A DNA stretch of 63,999 bases, filler included, from Jimgerdemannia flammicorona (taxonomy: Eukaryota): NCBI GenBank assembly GCA_003990765.1. It is 3 parts of 3 records of this genome, joined end to end, with 100 filler letters (N's around TTAATTAATTAA, not from the genome) between each part and the next. Parts side by side here need not be neighbours in the genome. Positions count along the whole stretch, not along the records: positions 42,877 to 63,999 come from RBNJ01001523.1; 2 more parts are not named here. The stretch is one strand, 5' to 3'. Each line of letters begins with the position of its first letter. Position 1 is the stretch's first letter. The notes under the pieces were generated by a model that was given only the letters and a program-made list of their open reading frames with translations, had not been told where the DNA came from and did not search any database. Of the stretch, positions 61,201-63,999 are shown piece by piece. A program made the position numbers and the translations under genes.

Positions 61201-63999
61201 ATTAGCATTAAGTAGATGAGGCTAAAGGAAGCTACTCAGGTTTATTGGAGGGAGGCAGGTGCAGTAGCTAAGAGACAGAGGAGAAGGAAGAGGGTGTGGG
61301 CCTCTGCTAGATTGGTGAGGCTGTTGGAAGATTGGGCAGGTTTGGTGGCCCTGGAGGGGGTGGAGGATTAGAGATTGCTATAGGTGAAAAAGGAGATTAT
61401 GAAGTTGCAACAGATCTTGCAGGAGGAGGAGGAAGCACAGATGCAGAGTATGGTAGTATATCTCTGTTGGTAGGGACTGGAGGAAGGAGAAAGGCTCTCT
61501 AAGTTTCTCATGAGGGTCCTTTGGGTAAGGAGGGTTCAGCAGAGGTGGGAGGGGGTTCTTGATACTGAGAGGACTTGGGTGCATAGTATATAAGACATTC
61601 TCAGGATACTGAAGGAGCAGTGGAGTGGCTTGTGTAGTGAAGAGGAGGATGGAGCAGAAGATACCTCTATTGATATTGCCTTGGAGGATTGGCACCTGCC
61701 ACAGATAGAAGAGCTGGGCAATCTGGTGATGCTGGTGCAGGAGGAGAAGATTCACCAGATTCTTGCTACAACTATACTGGGTATAGTACCAGATAAAGAT
61801 GGCCTGCCCTGAGCTTTCTGGAAGAAGATGGTAGATGTCTCCAGAGTGCTGGGAGAGATGAGGACACTCTGTAACTTGGTACTATAGTCTGAGAGATGGG
61901 TGGGGAGCAGAATCTGGGGCTGTTGATACTGTTGTATAAAAACAAAGGTAGGAGAGAGGACTGAAGGAACTGGAGACTGATCATGCTACTGGACATGGAC
62001 AGGAAGTTGATTACTAAGGTGGTAGTAGTGAGGCTGCAGAAAGTGGCCTAGCAGGTCTTGGGAGTAGAGCAGCAGAAATTTGTTGGGGGCTGACTCATTC
62101 GGGATAGCACAGCTTAGGTATATAGTGTTATCAAAGGGGCATGGGCCTGTGGATTAGATGGGCACCTGGTCTTCTTGGATCAGGAGAAGGCATATGACTG
62201 TATTCAGAGAGTCTGGTTGACAAAGGTACTAGACAGGATTAGAGTCCCTCATCAGTTCTAAGTAGTAATGGTCAGCCTACTAGAAGGGAGCAGGGCTGTA
62301 CTCATGTATAATGGGTATCAAGGAGTGGCTTTTCCTCTGAGTAGGGGTGTTCTCCAGGGGGACCCACTGTCTTCTATTTTGTATGCACTCTCTTTGGAGT
62401 CCCTAATGGATAGGATTTGATAGAAGATAGGAGAGCTTTCCATTTATGGCATTGAGTGGAAAGTTGGTGCTTTTGTAGATAATATAGTGGTTGGCCTGGA
62501 TTTGATTATCAATGTTGAGGAACTCAAGGAGACTGTGAAGTAGTATGAGGCATACTCTGGGACTAAACTCAATTGGCACAAGTGTGAAACAATGGTGCTG
62601 GGTAATGGTTTGGTAGGGGGAGAGGTCATTGGAACAATTGTCCCTGCTAGAGAGACAGTGCAGTACTTGGGCATCTATCTGTTAGTATATGGATTCATTC
62701 TTCTAAAATTCTAGTGAGAGCAGTGGGTGGTTATCTGGAGGGAGGCTCTGCAGAGCTGGAGAGGCTGCCACTTGTCTCTGGCAGAGTGTGTTTCCATCTT
62801 GAATACTTACTGGCTACCAAAGTTGTGGTATCTGATATATCATCTGGACTTCCCAGCCTGAGTGGTGAAGAGACTGCTGAAACCAGCCAAGGGGTGGATC
62901 TGGGCAGAGAGGAGGAGTCAGATTAGCTGGGAAATTTTGTCCTTACCAGTGACTAGAGAGAGACTTGGGCTGGTTGACTTCCTGAAGAGATTATACTATC
63001 TGAGAGCATAGTGGCTGAAGAGAGCTGTTGAGCTGGGGGGAGATAGTTGGGTCTCTCTATTGAGAAGGTCTGGGAGATGAGGTCCTTACTGAGAGGATCT
63101 ACAGGAGATCTTCTGTCCTTGGTTGGACTTCAGAACATTAGGCACATGCATTTTAAGGGCTTCTGGTGGGGAGTCGCTGATGGGGCACACCACATTAGCA
63201 TTTGGTGGCAAGGAGATGAGGGAGAAAGGCCTTGGGGTCCAGCAATGTAGAGATGGGACTGAGTGTTACCGGGGGGTATCCCCCTTAGTGACTTTGATAT
63301 TAGTGATAGGGTGGAATGTCAGAGAGGGTTGGGGCAGGATCTGTGGCCCAGCAGATGGCAGTTGATAAGTATTAGTGAAGAGTGGGACTGGAACAGGATC
63401 TGGAACTGGAGTGCTGAGGTTTGATGGTGGCTGCCACTGAAGTATTGGTACATGTTGAGGAGGAATGTCATACTCAATTTTCACTCTGGCCACCTGGTGG
63501 AAGGGGGAACCTTTGACTGTGAGGAGTGCTATAATGTTGGACAGAAAGGGGGTTTTGTACAGACACCTAAACATTGGCTAGGGGAGTATGAGGTGCTTAG
63601 TGATTTTTAGATAGTAGTTAAGAAGAGGTTGAGTATTATGTAGAGGGGGGATGATGTGAGGGATCAGTGAGAGGATCTGCAGAATAGATTGGTAGGAGGG
63701 GTTGAGAGGGAATGACTTACTTTAGAGTGGGTGCTGGCTGTATGGGTAGGGTTGACAGGACACTGGCTATATGTGTTTGAGGATGAGAGACATCTGAGAT
63801 TAGGAGTACAACTGTTGTGATAGAAAGAACTGATGGAGGATACTCTGATGGGTTGGTAGCATGGGTGGAAAATATAGAGTGGTCAGCAATATTGCTTGGT
63901 GGAGAAGATATATAGTCAGAGTGGGGGGAGGGTTAAGGTCATGGGAGACAGGGTGGTCTTTATATGTGATAAGGTAGGGTGGGGCCCCCCGATGGGGAT
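58243..63999 (+). mobile_element. Near-full-length decayed L1/Tx1-like LINE (ORF1 ~58330-60330; ORF2 ~60365-63990)
   Basis: 5' ATCTTTTTCCAGTAACATTCAG; ORF1 with RRM-like LLVKGVP...EYGEVV; ORF2 FSLNVNGL, RDFN, RIDW, SDH (APE), NWRLIMLLD, LDQEKAYD, QGDPLS, FVDN (RT), YLGI; many TGG->TAG/TGA stops. Confidence 0.9.

Overview
Eukaryotic, almost certainly fungal DNA. Intron-rich genes and an HxDLHxGN-type tyrosine-kinase-like (TKL) kinase suggest an early-diverging lineage such as Mucoromycota (inference, not proven). A ~20 kb CpG-rich island of six genes (~22.6-42.7 kb) sits between two nested transposon graveyards. The genes are a TKL kinase with an unknown C-terminal domain, a modular secreted Cys/Tyr-rich precursor with a Kex2 site, MAK11-like WD40, Tudor-SN/SND1, an SDR oxidoreductase, and a 1116-aa low-complexity protein with a CxxC motif. 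The left block holds four Ty3/Gypsy elements (one with both LTRs and a CTAG TSD, nested in the LTR of another) and L1/Tx1-like LINEs. The right block is a chromovirus interrupted by an intron-containing IS630/Tc1/mariner-type element, a short-LTR Copia-like element and several LINE insertions, followed by a decayed near-full-length LINE. The repeats show near-total CpG loss plus CpA/TpG->TpA change (a RIP-like signature) that stops at the gene island. Two 100-bp N/TTAATTAATTAA spacers are assembly artefacts. All coordinates and splice models were read by eye and need computational confirmation.
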